Origin: an uncultured bacterium
GTDB lineage: Bacteria > Oederibacteriota > JAAXVQ01 > JAUVAV01
Reading direction: 5' to 3'
NCBI GenBank assembly: GCA_963710755.1
Contig: CAVQBK010000003.1
Span: forward strand, 192,001 to 256,000
DNA: 64,000 nucleotides
The first letter of the stretch is position 1; every line of letters starts with the position of its first letter. Shown here one piece after another: positions 48,153 to 57,696 of the stretch. The notes under the pieces are model-generated. The model was not told the DNA's origin, did no database searches, and worked only from the letters and a program-made list of their open reading frames with translations. The translations under genes were made by a program, and so were the position numbers.

Positions 48153-48328
48153 AGGTAGGTATCAAAATAACAGCATGTATTTCCCCTCGCCCCGTGCCAG
48201 CGGGGAGAGGTTGGGTGAGGGGCCCACTACACTCCTCCCCCAGGAAAAGTCACGTATCAGGTGGATACCGTCTCTGTACACAATAGGTAATTAAGCAAGA
48301 CCGTCCCCTTTATACAAAAGAAAAATGC

Positions 48329-48535
48329 TTGGATATGGTCTTGAAAGCGTTAGAAACGATGGAGCAAGGGGATAGAAATCTCGTTGTCCAGGAATTATTA
48401 GATCTATTGCAGAACAATGAATTTAAAGATTCCACATGGGCTAAAAGTGATCAAAAACGATTTAAAAAAGAGCTTGAAAAGTTCAGATGGTGTCGCCGGT
48501 TGCTTGGGATATTAGAAACGAAAATAAAAGAATGA
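48329..48535 (+). CDS. Small hypothetical protein or gene fragment
   Basis: 68-aa ORF immediately after the GTCCCC end at 48303-48308; no recognisable motif. Confidence 0.35.
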   Translation: MDMVLKALETMEQGDRNLVVQELLDLLQNNEFKDSTWAKSDQKRFKKELEKFRWCRRLLGILETKIKE

Positions 48536-48632
48536 TTCTGATATAAAAAACTATATGACAATATATCGACATCCATCCCGCCATTAGCCACGGAAATGCG
48601 CATTTCAGTAACTATAACAGTGTGGTCGCCTA

Positions 48633-51600
48633 TTAGGAGGCCAACCGAACTTCGCGAAATGCCTCGCTAAGCTGAAGCGCTGCACTTCGCCTGTCGCCCA
48701 TGTCGACTAGAATGTCGAGAATCCGCAGGAACTTCTGAGCAAGAGCCATTTTCATGGGCGTATCACGATGTGCGAAGTACTGAACAAGCTCCGCAATACG
48801 TGCCGGAATGAACGTTCCATGCCAACCCTTTAGGTTGTCGGGTCCGTTATTAATAATCGAGAGCACTTGGTCCGCGAAGGCTTCTGTTGGATAGTTTGCC
48901 CTTGCTCGTTCACAGAGCGTCAAAAATGGGGCCATCACAGAAGCGGCCCATCCGCTGGCGCGAACGAATCGATTGATCAGGGGTAGGATACGGTCAATTT
49001 CTGACCAGTCACCATTGACGTAGCGAGCAGCTAAGTCCGCGCCTTCGACGGAGACAAACATTAAAGTGCGAACAAGATCAGGCTGATCGAAACCTGTGAG
49101 TTCACCACTCCGGTAAGTGTCGCGTTTGAAAACGGAATCCTGTAAAAGACGTTCAAGACACAGGTTCAGCATCACGATTGCATCGGCTGGAACGACCGGC
49201 GCATCGTACACATAGGCGCAGACATAAGTACTCGCGAAGGGGGAAAGGAGAGCCCAGCAATTGTCGCCTTTGAGGTTCAGAATCGGGTCGAGGAAGCGGG
49301 TTTGAAAGTCGGCAAGCGGGATAAAACCAGCCACCTGGCCCAGCCGCGATCCAAGCGTATGCGTCCACTCGAAAATCTGGGTTGATGATTTATTTCGGCG
49401 TCCAGGCTTCACCCATGCTGGCTCATTCTTTTGATTGGTCCAGTCGAGAACACCAGCGAGGAAATCGAGAAGTGAGTTCATTGCGCTACTTTGCAGAACC
49501 TTATCAAAGGGGATGTGCTTAAGAATTTTTGCTGCCTGCTTGGAATGCCAAATAACGTTTGGTTCACCCCATGCCTCAGCTGCGTCGGTAGCATCATCAG
49601 CATCGATATCTTCATAGCTTTGATGCCCACGTCGGCTCTTTCCTTGTTCGACTTTCACCCAGGCTGGAGGCGGTAACGGAAGGGAAGCCCATCCGCTTCC
49701 ATTCTCGTAGAACTCAAGCGCCGCATCGATCGCCGCTTGCGCTTCACTCATCGAATGGAGTGCTTCATTGTGTTGACGGGCCTGGCTGCGCGGCCGTAGT
49801 GGGACGTGACAGAGCGAAAATGCTAAGACCAGCGCCGCCCAAGTCAATCTGGGATCCTTGGACCAAAGCTTACACGATTCTTCAAGCGCGGCTAATGAAA
49901 CAATCTCCAATGGGTGCGCAATCAGCCCAAGAAGGTCGCGAATCGCACCGCGTTCCGCTGTACTTTCGCGGATATCCGCTGCGATGCCGCGCGCCACGTA
50001 GATCGCCTGATGCCATGGGATAATGGAACTGGGAGACTGCATCAAATCGGGCTTTTCTGGCAGAAGGATAGCACGTTTTAATACATCACGAGCCCACTTG
50101 AGATCTTCTTGACTACACCCTTTTCGAAATGTGAGCGCGATGGCAGCGGTGGCGGCAACTGCACCTCGACGTATACCCAACTGCACTTCTTCGTTCTCAT
50201 CTTTCGGTTGTTTGAATAAATCGTTGGCGTCAGCTTCTCTGGCCATTGCAATGGCATCTTGAATATCGTAACTGTCGTTGAGTCCCTTCTTTTCAAATGA
50301 CTTGCACGCCCACGTCCACAAGCTGGTCAGATTAAGATATTTAGTTGCCTCTTCGACCCTGGCGATATTTTCAGGTTCAGCATCGGAAGGACTAACGTGG
50401 ACAATTGTTAGCTGGTCTGAATCCTTTTCCGTGCGGTAGGCCTGATAGTTGTGCGGGTCTGTAAACTCGGCATATTTAATGGCTTGTTCCATGAGGTGTT
50501 TCCTTACCTCTGGAATATTGCGCTGCTCCTCGTACTGAAAAGGCAAATTATTCTTGAAATCGAGAATCGCATTGCGGGTTTGGTTACGGATCGGTCCTGT
50601 CGCAAAAACAAACATAGGCACCATCCAACTAAGCTGCTTTTTGCGAACCGGCCTGGCATTTGCTGCTTGGATCGCATCAACGTGAGGTTTATCGGTGCGA
50701 GATGTAAAACCTATTAGATTAGTAGTCGGAGCAATATCTTGCTCCCATCGATGTTGGTCGGCAGCTAGCAAACGTTGTGAGATGAAGAGTGGCAATGTCG
50801 TTTCGGACACAGTTTCGGTATTGAGCGCAAGCATTGCCGCAATGCCTAGGATGGCGATGCATTCGTTTCCCTCTATGATTTGCTGGATTATCTCATCAAC
50901 GGGCCGACCACGCTCAAGCTCGGTGAAGCACCATTCTTCGAGTGCCATAAACCCGCAGCCGATGGCATTGGGCGCCCATGTAGAACGAAACCAAAGATAC
51001 TCCCGGTCAGTACCCCAGAATTTCTGGGTACCCCAGGGAAACCTCAGTTCAAGCGGTATAGGTGTGCCGGGGGGATTTTCATGATATCGTGAATAACAAT
51101 GTAGTTGTCGCCACGCGGTCATCGCGTGATTGCATAGTTCCCGAAGGAGTCTCAAAGCCTCGGCGGGTGAAAACTTAAAAAGTGAGTAAAAGGGCTCTCG
51201 AAGCGGTGAAGGAGGCAAGAAACTTTGATGGTCATCGTGGATCGATAGCCTTTCACAGTCGTGGAAACTAAAATCACCTATGGCTCGCAGAGAATGTCCG
51301 AACGAAAGTGACATTTGTTCTTGGCGCGTGCGCTCAGCTTTCGGCTTGGCAAGGACTGTTTTGCGCCACTCGGCCGCACGATGAAGTTCCTGTCTTTCGC
51401 GGGCGACTTGCTCGTCTGGTAGTTCCTCTCGCAGGAACGCCAATGAAAGTTCGACGACCGACTGAGGGAGTGATTGGGCGAGGACAGGTGAGTAGACGAT
51501 GATGTCGTGAAAAGCGTCGTCACGGATACGCTCTGAGTTGGCCACCCGCTGCAAGTAGTCGGCGGCAAAGATCGGCTCAGATCTCGACGATTTTAAGAGG

Positions 51601-53969
51601 AGTTGAGAGAGGGATTTTTGAAAGCCACCGGGGTCGGGCATGGTGGCGAGCCAGGTGGCGCATTGCTGCAGCAGAGCGCGAGACGTTGGATTGGGCAAAT
51701 CTGCAAGTGCATTTTGCCAGACCTCGAAGATAGCGACGATCTCCGGATAGAGCCTCTGCGGTATATCCGAAATGCGTCTGAGGATAAAGTTGATGAGGCG
51801 ACGCCACGCGGCGAAGTCGGAAGGCCAACCGAGAAGATCAGCGAATCGTTGGCGTTGATCCGGTGGAAGCGCACCAGCGAGGATGTTCGCATTCGGAGTG
51901 GTCTTTTCAGCTTGAAACCAGACAAGCACCTTTCTGAAAAGCCGGAAGTCGTCGGCAAAGATGGCCGTCGCAAACTGGTCCTCATCAGCTTCGAACTTCG
52001 CAGTTCCGAGGGGACCGACTAGCCAAGCACGCAGCCATTGTGATCTAAGGTCCGAACCCTCGGTTTTGGCGAGGTAGGCGCACCATTCTTTTCCCTGTGT
52101 GTACTCCCATTGGGAAGAGAGTTCGACGACGCGCGCGACCGCTGGCGGCTCCCCGGAAGCCTTAATCTCTTCCATCCATTGGGCCCCGCGATCAGCCAAG
52201 ACATAGAAAAAGGCCCATTCGAAGAAGATATCGTGGGCGAAGCGGACGGATATCCCTTCACGAGCATTTTGGAGTATGCCATCTGATCTTAGGTCATCGA
52301 TGTGTGCGACTGAAGTGAGCTGGCTAAGGCAAATCGGCTGGCTAAGATTGCGAGCACGAACAGAAGCTAAATTGAGCAGCGCTCGCTGGCGTTCAATTGC
52401 GTCTTGTCCATTCTCATTATAACCGCCCCGCTGCCACCAATTCTCGATCAAATCTACTTCAGATTGAGGAGCGAATGTCGGGGCGCCGGGGTCGGCTACG
52501 TAACTTTGGTTTAGCACTTTCGCAAAAAAGGGTCGTCGGACAATCTCTTTCACCTGGGGTAATCCAAACAGAAGTGGTCTCAGGTGTGGTTTGGCTTTTG
52601 CGAGTAGCTCAGCCTCTTCGTCGCTCAGCTGATCAACGCTAAGCGTCTCGACATTCAGGACATCAAGGAACTCGCCTAACCAATTGCGAAGAACTTCAAT
52701 ACCGGTGTTGCGAAGGGAGACGACGGTTCGCCAGTTGTCAAGCAGCGGTGACTCCACAATGGTGCGGATTACGTCGAGAATGATGGGCTGATGCTCCTTC
52801 TCAATACGATCGATTGCATCGATGAACAAAATGGAAGTGCCAGATGCTCCGATCTCAACGAGAAGTTGCTCCAAGGGAGCACCAGAGAGACCCTGCGAAG
52901 TCGCATAACTGATCCAACTGGTGCCTTCGAGCTGTTCGGCTTTGAGGAAGAAAACTGGCCCGCGTACTAGCGCGCGCTCTACCGCTCGCCTCACTACGAC
53001 TGATTTGCCACTTCCCGGCAGGCCGCGAACCTGGACAACACGGGCTGTAGTTAGCTTGGCGTCCAGGTCTCCTAGGAGCGAGGCTCGGTCGAGCTTTGAT
53101 CCGCCAACATCGTCAGGAATGAGGTTTGTGTAACTCTTTGTGAGTTCCGTTAATCTGTCGAGATCAAGACGCAAGGAGGTCGCGCCGCGAAAGCGTACCA
53201 CAGGGGAGATCATGCGCACAAGCCGCGCGCGGTCAAACTGGCCCGATTTGCCTGCTGAAGCGCGGGCTAACTGAACGATCTTTGACCAAACGAAGGGTGC
53301 CTTGGCTGCGTCATCGGGCACGAGGCAATCTCCGATGCGATTAATTGCATCCGGGGGATCAGTGGCGCCTTCACGAAGGAAATCGAATTGGATCAGAACG
53401 AAGTGCGCAAGGAACCGATGCACTTCTTCATTTGTGCACGGCGCCCCCTTTGCATCTTCCATCAGAGCAACTACGTTGTTCTTGACTGTTTTGAGCTCAG
53501 CACTAGCGCCGCCATCCTTCGCAAAGCGAGCGTTAAAATGATCCGCGGTCAGACTTTCACGGGCCCAATCGCAAAGGGTTTTAAGCGCTCGTTCTTTGGC
53601 GGGGGTAACCGTGCCAACTGCTGACCCGTAGCGGTCGACGTTGATGCGGAAGTCAGCTTTTTTGAGGGTAGCCCAACTGTTGCGGATAATGTCGCGAAAG
53701 TCGGTGTTAGTTTCCGCCTTGCTTATTGTGAGCGAACGCTTCACCTGGAGGCTAAGGCGAGCGGGTTTCTTTGCTGCATCTTCAAAATCAACAATCACAT
53801 CATCGAGCGGTTCGCCGAAGTCGCGCTGTTGAACCGACACGCGAACAACGGTTCGATCATCAATGCCGGGTGCATATGCTTCGGCTAGAAGCGCGGTGAG
53901 ATAGAACGCGGCCGCGTCACCCTCAAAGGTAAAACCTTCACCGCCGGCGAGTTCAGTTGATTGTGGCAT
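48633..53969 (-). CDS. Avs-like antiviral STAND NTPase with N-terminal PD-(D/E)xK nuclease-like domain
   Basis: N-terminal GFTFE...LDDVIV...LSLQVK; Walker A GLPGSGKS; Walker B LFIDAID; RPFF and FAHDIFFEW winged-helix-type motifs; long helical C-terminus. Confidence 0.75.
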   Translation of the reverse strand: MPQSTELAGGEGFTFEGDAAAFYLTALLAEAYAPGIDDRTVVRVSVQQRDFGEPLDDVIVDFEDAAKKPARLSLQVKRSLTISKAETNTDFRDIIRNSWATLKKADFRINVDRYGSAVGTVTPAKERALKTLCDWARESLTADHFNARFAKDGGASAELKTVKNNVVALMEDAKGAPCTNEEVHRFLAHFVLIQFDFLREGATDPPDAINRIGDCLVPDDAAKAPFVWSKIVQLARASAGKSGQFDRARLVRMISPVVRFRGATSLRLDLDRLTELTKSYTNLIPDDVGGSKLDRASLLGDLDAKLTTARVVQVRGLPGSGKSVVVRRAVERALVRGPVFFLKAEQLEGTSWISYATSQGLSGAPLEQLLVEIGASGTSILFIDAIDRIEKEHQPIILDVIRTIVESPLLDNWRTVVSLRNTGIEVLRNWLGEFLDVLNVETLSVDQLSDEEAELLAKAKPHLRPLLFGLPQVKEIVRRPFFAKVLNQSYVADPGAPTFAPQSEVDLIENWWQRGGYNENGQDAIERQRALLNLASVRARNLSQPICLSQLTSVAHIDDLRSDGILQNAREGISVRFAHDIFFEWAFFYVLADRGAQWMEEIKASGEPPAVARVVELSSQWEYTQGKEWCAYLAKTEGSDLRSQWLRAWLVGPLGTAKFEADEDQFATAIFADDFRLFRKVLVWFQAEKTTPNANILAGALPPDQRQRFADLLGWPSDFAAWRRLINFILRRISDIPQRLYPEIVAIFEVWQNALADLPNPTSRALLQQCATWLATMPDPGGFQKSLSQLLLKSSRSEPIFAADYLQRVANSERIRDDAFHDIIVYSPVLAQSLPQSVVELSLAFLREELPDEQVARERQELHRAAEWRKTVLAKPKAERTRQEQMSLSFGHSLRAIGDFSFHDCERLSIHDDHQSFLPPSPLREPFYSLFKFSPAEALRLLRELCNHAMTAWRQLHCYSRYHENPPGTPIPLELRFPWGTQKFWGTDREYLWFRSTWAPNAIGCGFMALEEWCFTELERGRPVDEIIQQIIEGNECIAILGIAAMLALNTETVSETTLPLFISQRLLAADQHRWEQDIAPTTNLIGFTSRTDKPHVDAIQAANARPVRKKQLSWMVPMFVFATGPIRNQTRNAILDFKNNLPFQYEEQRNIPEVRKHLMEQAIKYAEFTDPHNYQAYRTEKDSDQLTIVHVSPSDAEPENIARVEEATKYLNLTSLWTWACKSFEKKGLNDSYDIQDAIAMAREADANDLFKQPKDENEEVQLGIRRGAVAATAAIALTFRKGCSQEDLKWARDVLKRAILLPEKPDLMQSPSSIIPWHQAIYVARGIAADIRESTAERGAIRDLLGLIAHPLEIVSLAALEESCKLWSKDPRLTWAALVLAFSLCHVPLRPRSQARQHNEALHSMSEAQAAIDAALEFYENGSGWASLPLPPPAWVKVEQGKSRRGHQSYEDIDADDATDAAEAWGEPNVIWHSKQAAKILKHIPFDKVLQSSAMNSLLDFLAGVLDWTNQKNEPAWVKPGRRNKSSTQIFEWTHTLGSRLGQVAGFIPLADFQTRFLDPILNLKGDNCWALLSPFASTYVCAYVYDAPVVPADAIVMLNLCLERLLQDSVFKRDTYRSGELTGFDQPDLVRTLMFVSVEGADLAARYVNGDWSEIDRILPLINRFVRASGWAASVMAPFLTLCERARANYPTEAFADQVLSIINNGPDNLKGWHGTFIPARIAELVQYFAHRDTPMKMALAQKFLRILDILVDMGDRRSAALQLSEAFREVRLAS

Positions 53970-54327
53970 CGCTAGCCTGCATTAATGCTTTAATCATTTT
54001 CCGTTTCCCCATAACAACTTTTTAACCTACCTATAACGTTGGAATAATAAAGCTTTCCCGGTTTGCATTGAGCATAGTTTTTATCACCCTTATATACTAT
54101 GAAACCGTTTTTTACCAAGATTTTATTGAATTTTCCAATGAAATTAACTCCACCCTTGAGCAGCCTCAAGTACCAGCGGCAAATAGCAGTCCAGGTGTGG
54201 TAAATAAAAGCTGGTAGCTTATAAAATACCCCCCCCTATTTCCATTGCTATCTCCTCGACTCTATGGCCCTATGTGCCTGAGTGGGAGAGGAGAGGGTAA
54301 TCCGATGAAACAAACCCTTTTAAACTA

Positions 54328-54590
54328 GGGGACGTTGGTTCTTAGGATGCAATACGATTGCTAAAGCCTTCGCCTTTTAATACAATTAAAACATGCCAAG
54401 ACAAGCTCGCCTAGACATACCAGGTGCCCTCCACCATAGCATGATCCGGGGGACCAATAAGTCTGCTGTTTTTAAAAGCAAGCAAGATAAACTCTGCTTC
54501 CTCGAATGTCTCGGTGATAAAATAGTGCGGGTTAAGGCAATTAAAGCAGCGGCGGAGTGGAAGGAAGCTCGTTGATATATAAAATTAGTG
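54328..54590 (+). pseudogene. Internally deleted RAYT-type Y1 transposase with left end
   Basis: GGGGACGTT end at 54328; MPRQARLDIPGALHHSMIRG from 54393, fused to a short tail; no HUH motif. Confidence 0.75.
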
Positions 54591-54937
54591 GGAAGAGATG
54601 AAACCAGGGCGTCGGCGCGGCAGTGTGGAATTCCGGTGCCAGCCGCCATCGCCTTTGGTTGGTCGCAGAAGTAAATGCACATGATTGCTCATCAGCGCCC
54701 AGCCATAGCACTGGCAAGTGGTTTTTTCTAGAGCAAATGATAATCGTTCCAGAAATTCTCGTCGATCACGATCATCTTTGAATAGTGCCATCCCATTTAA
54801 ACCGCGCGTGATGATGTGATAGATTGCACCTGGTATGCTTAATCGTTTTTGTCTGGCCATGTTTGGTTAGACCAGCGAATCCTAATTTCCTTCCAGTTTT
54901 TTGTTTTCATTAAGCTTATAAGCTTACTCCGGCCCCC
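54585..54937 (-). pseudogene. Truncated RAYT-type Y1 (HUH) transposase with left end
   Basis: MARQKRLSIPGAIYHIITRG...WALMSNHVHLL (HUH), then truncated; upstream end GGGGCCGGAGTAAGCTTATAAGCTTAAT. Confidence 0.85.
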
Positions 54938-55007
54938 AACCCCATTTCAACTCTGGACGCTCGATATTCGCGCTGTTTCATGAAACAAACAATGGGTTGT
55001 GTATATC

Positions 55008-55060
55008 TTGACAACCAATAGTGTCTGCGCCATAATTAGATGGTTAGATAACTATCTAAC
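55008..55060 (+). promoter_or_regulatory. sigma70 promoter with ArsR-type operator
   Basis: TTGACA (55008)-17 nt-CATAAT (55031); perfect inverted repeat GTTAGATA-AC-TATCTAAC (55043-55060). Confidence 0.75.
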
Positions 55061-55076
55061 AACAAAAGGAGTGCGG

Positions 55077-55385
55077 ATGACAAAGAGCAATGCGTTTTTT
55101 CAAGCATTGGCCGACCCGACCCGGCGCCAGATTCTTAAATTGTTGCAGCACGCCGAGCAAACACCGGGCGAGCTGCTGGAGCATTTTGTTATGACCAAGC
55201 CGTCGTTGTCCCATCATTTGGATATTTTGAAAAAAGCGGATTTGGTGGAAACCCGGCGACAGGGGCAAAATATTTACTATTCTTTAAAGACCAGTGTATT
55301 TGAAGATGTGGTGGCTTTTTTGCTGGACTTCACGGGCAAACCAATAAGTAAAGCCGGCACACGCCGGCAAAAAAAGAAAGGTTGA
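55077..55385 (+). CDS. sdpR: ArsR/SmtB family repressor (SdpR-like)
   Basis: FQALADPTRRQIL, SLSHHLDILK, GQNIYYSL; upstream of an SdpI gene. Confidence 0.8.
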   Translation: MTKSNAFFQALADPTRRQILKLLQHAEQTPGELLEHFVMTKPSLSHHLDILKKADLVETRRQGQNIYYSLKTSVFEDVVAFLLDFTGKPISKAGTRRQKKKG

Positions 55386-55390
55386 GGAAC

Positions 55391-56044
55391 ATGTATACCA
55401 TTGAATGGAAAAAAGAGATTCCGGCTTTTGTTTTACTGGCCGTGGTGCTACTGGTGGTGGGGTTGATGTATCCGGCTTTACCCGAACGCCTGCCCATGCA
55501 CTGGAACATCCAGGGTGAGGTGGACGGCTGGGTGGCCAAATCCTGGGGCAGTGTTTTCTGGATGCCCCTGATGTGCGTGGCCATGCATTTTCTTATGCTT
55601 TTTTTGCCGCTGATTGATCCCCGGAAAGAACGGTATGCCCAATTTTTACGCCCGTATCGTCAAATCCGGTATGGCTTGGTCATTTATTTGAGCTTGGTCT
55701 CCATTCTGGTGCTGGTCGCAGCTATAATTCCGGCCATTCCGGTGCATTATATTATTGCCGGAACCGTATCCTTGCTCATGATTGTGATTGGAAATTATCT
55801 GGGCAAGTTGCGGCCGAACTGGTTTGTGGGCATCCGGCTGCCGTGGACTCTGGAGAATGAGGAAGTCTGGATACGCACGCACCGCTTGGGCGGCAAGCTG
55901 TTTGTGCTGGTGGGCATTATGGGTCTGATCGGACTTTTCTTCAAGCCCGTGGTTACCTTTGCGCTATTCTTTGGAAGCTTGTTGGTAACATTGGTTATTG
56001 TAGTGGTGTATGCGTTTCAATTGTATCGGAAGTTGAGTGGGTGA
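55391..56044 (+). CDS. sdpI: SdpI family immunity membrane protein
   Basis: LPERLPMHWNIQGEVDGW; GNYLGKLRPNWFVGIRLPWTL...W..TH. Confidence 0.88.
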   Translation: MYTIEWKKEIPAFVLLAVVLLVVGLMYPALPERLPMHWNIQGEVDGWVAKSWGSVFWMPLMCVAMHFLMLFLPLIDPRKERYAQFLRPYRQIRYGLVIYLSLVSILVLVAAIIPAIPVHYIIAGTVSLLMIVIGNYLGKLRPNWFVGIRLPWTLENEEVWIRTHRLGGKLFVLVGIMGLIGLFFKPVVTFALFFGSLLVTLVIVVVYAFQLYRKLSG

Positions 56045-56094
56045 TTATTTAATCTATTTCTATGCTTTTTCTGCGAAGGCAATGGGACAGGCAA

Positions 56095-56350
56095 GGGGAC
56101 ACCTATAATTTAATAACTATTCTCCATCGATGATAATAGGAAGCAAAGATGGGTTTTCCTTGATTATCTGTGCACCTTGCCGGAATAACCTGCTGGCGGC
56201 AGGCTGACTGATACCCAGCCGATCGGCCAATGCTGTTTGCCGTTCGTGCTGATAGTCGCATGCCAAATAAATGGCCAAACTCCGGGCTTTCGCCATGTTT
56301 CGCGATGATCTGCCTTTTCTATTTAGAGAAAAAAGTGGCTGGCACCGATT
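56095..56350 (-). pseudogene. C-terminal HTH remnant of a RAYT-type transposase with right end
   Basis: Minus strand reads ...AKARSLAIYLACDYQHERQTALADRLGISQPAASRLFRQGAQII...GE*, followed by TTATTAAATTATAGGTGTCCCC. Confidence 0.7.
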
Positions 56351-56378
56351 TCGCTACTCCTTGAGTAAAAAATCTAAT

Positions 56379-56681
56379 TTACTCAAACCAACTGGTCAGG
56401 AAATCTTGGCATTTATGAAGCTTAAATTCTGTAATTCGATATTCTTGAATGCCTGCTTTCACCAATGGATCATCATTACAAAATTTCTCAATGTCTTCAC
56501 ATTTTACTATAATTATCCCTCCTCCAGCACCAACTTTGGGACCAGAGACAAGCACTGATCCGTCTTTAAACCCAATATCAAGATATTCTAGATGTGCCTT
56601 AATCGCTTTTTCCATTTCTTTTTGTACAGGAAGGTTTTCTACGAATGAACCTTCCAATGTGTAATATTTATTTCCGTTCAT
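56379..56681 (-). CDS. YciI-like protein
   Basis: AHLEYL...LVSGP..GGGIII...DDPLVKAGI. Confidence 0.8.
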   Translation of the reverse strand: MNGNKYYTLEGSFVENLPVQKEMEKAIKAHLEYLDIGFKDGSVLVSGPKVGAGGGIIIVKCEDIEKFCNDDPLVKAGIQEYRITEFKLHKCQDFLTSWFE

Positions 56682-56740
56682 TGATTTCCTTCCAATATTC
56701 TTAATGTATTAGAATTGCTCTGCTAATTTCTGCATATTGC

Positions 56741-56900
56741 CTATAACGTTCCTGGCACATACGATGTTGCGTCTGACACTTGAAGTTACATTATCCTTTT
56801 AGCTTTTTTAAAGCAACAAATTTTTTGACCTAAATCAAGCAAGCAATATGGCGTAGCCCAAGCGACCGCAGGGCGCGCAGCGTTATGTGCCGTGTTGAAC
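56741..56900 (-). other. attC-like integron recombination site
   Basis: Minus strand R'' GTTCAAC, L'' GGCACATA(A)CG, L' CGTATGTGCC, R' GTTATAG; 160 bp. Confidence 0.6.
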
Positions 56901-56957
56901 TAAACCTTCGGTAATAAAATTATTGCGTAGATTCATTGACTACCTATCATGATATGT

Positions 56958-57176
56958 GTTCTACGGGACGTTAACAACTTAACAACTTTATATTTTTTCG
57001 TTCACAAATCTCCCTTCCTTTTTCGAACCATTTCGATACCGCTTGTTCTTTGGCGCTCACTTAAATGTCTGTCACCCTGGTAAATTCAGTCGTTTTTGTC
57101 GTGGCATGGTGTAATTATAACTGCATTTATTTGGAACTGTCTATTAAGTTGTTATGTTGTTAACGTCCCCTAGAAC
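56958..57176 (-). mobile_element. 219-bp miniature element (copy 2)
   Basis: Near-identical reverse complement of 45955-46173. Confidence 0.85.
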
Positions 57177-57283
57177 TAACGTTCTATTCCCAGACTTTTT
57201 CTTTTTTCATTTCACTTTTTTACAAAAAAAGGACATGCCTATAGTTTCAAGTTAGACATGTCCCCTAATCTTATCCAAAATAA

Positions 57284-57312
57284 AAACCCACCCGACTAGC
57301 TTTAGGTGGGTT
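57284..57312 (-). terminator. Likely intrinsic terminator of the Panacea TA operon
   Basis: AACCCACC...GGTGGGTT hairpin followed by a T-rich tail on the minus strand. Confidence 0.5.
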
Positions 57313-57330
57313 AATTAAAATGCTCTATTA

Positions 57331-57696
57331 TTAACTCTGAAAATAATGTTTATATTTTTTCGGCAACGCTTTTGATTTCGCGCCACCTTTTTTAATCTTT
57401 GAAACTAATTTTTCAGAGGCATCTGGTTTCCTAATATGGCTTTTATTTGCTGACCAAGCTAAAATATCAGATAGTAATTCTTCTTTTACTCGAATATAAT
57501 TCACAAAGGATTTCTTTTTTACAAACGGATGTTCACCCGGTTCAATTATACAAGAACGGTCACATGGCCTATCTTCGCGTACTGTCGAAAGACTCACAAG
57601 TAAACAATGTGTCTCGTTATTACAAACAACGAAAAACAGATGATGGGAAGAAGGACTGTCAGTAGGGATTAAAAAAGCAGCACCAATTAATGACAT
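57331..57696 (-). CDS. Putative toxin of the Panacea TA pair (possibly PemK/MazF-like fold)
   Basis: HLFFVV...LLVSLST...IIEPGEHPFVKKKSFVNY; overlaps the antitoxin stop. Confidence 0.55.
   Translation of the reverse strand: MSLIGAAFLIPTDSPSSHHLFFVVCNNETHCLLVSLSTVREDRPCDRSCIIEPGEHPFVKKKSFVNYIRVKEELLSDILAWSANKSHIRKPDASEKLVSKIKKGGAKSKALPKKYKHYFQS

Noticed and set aside
54000-54045. attI/attC-like GTTATAG and GTTATGG motifs upstream of the Avs-like gene
   Set aside because: No matching R''/L boxes found, so it is not called as a site; mentioned only as a motif echo.
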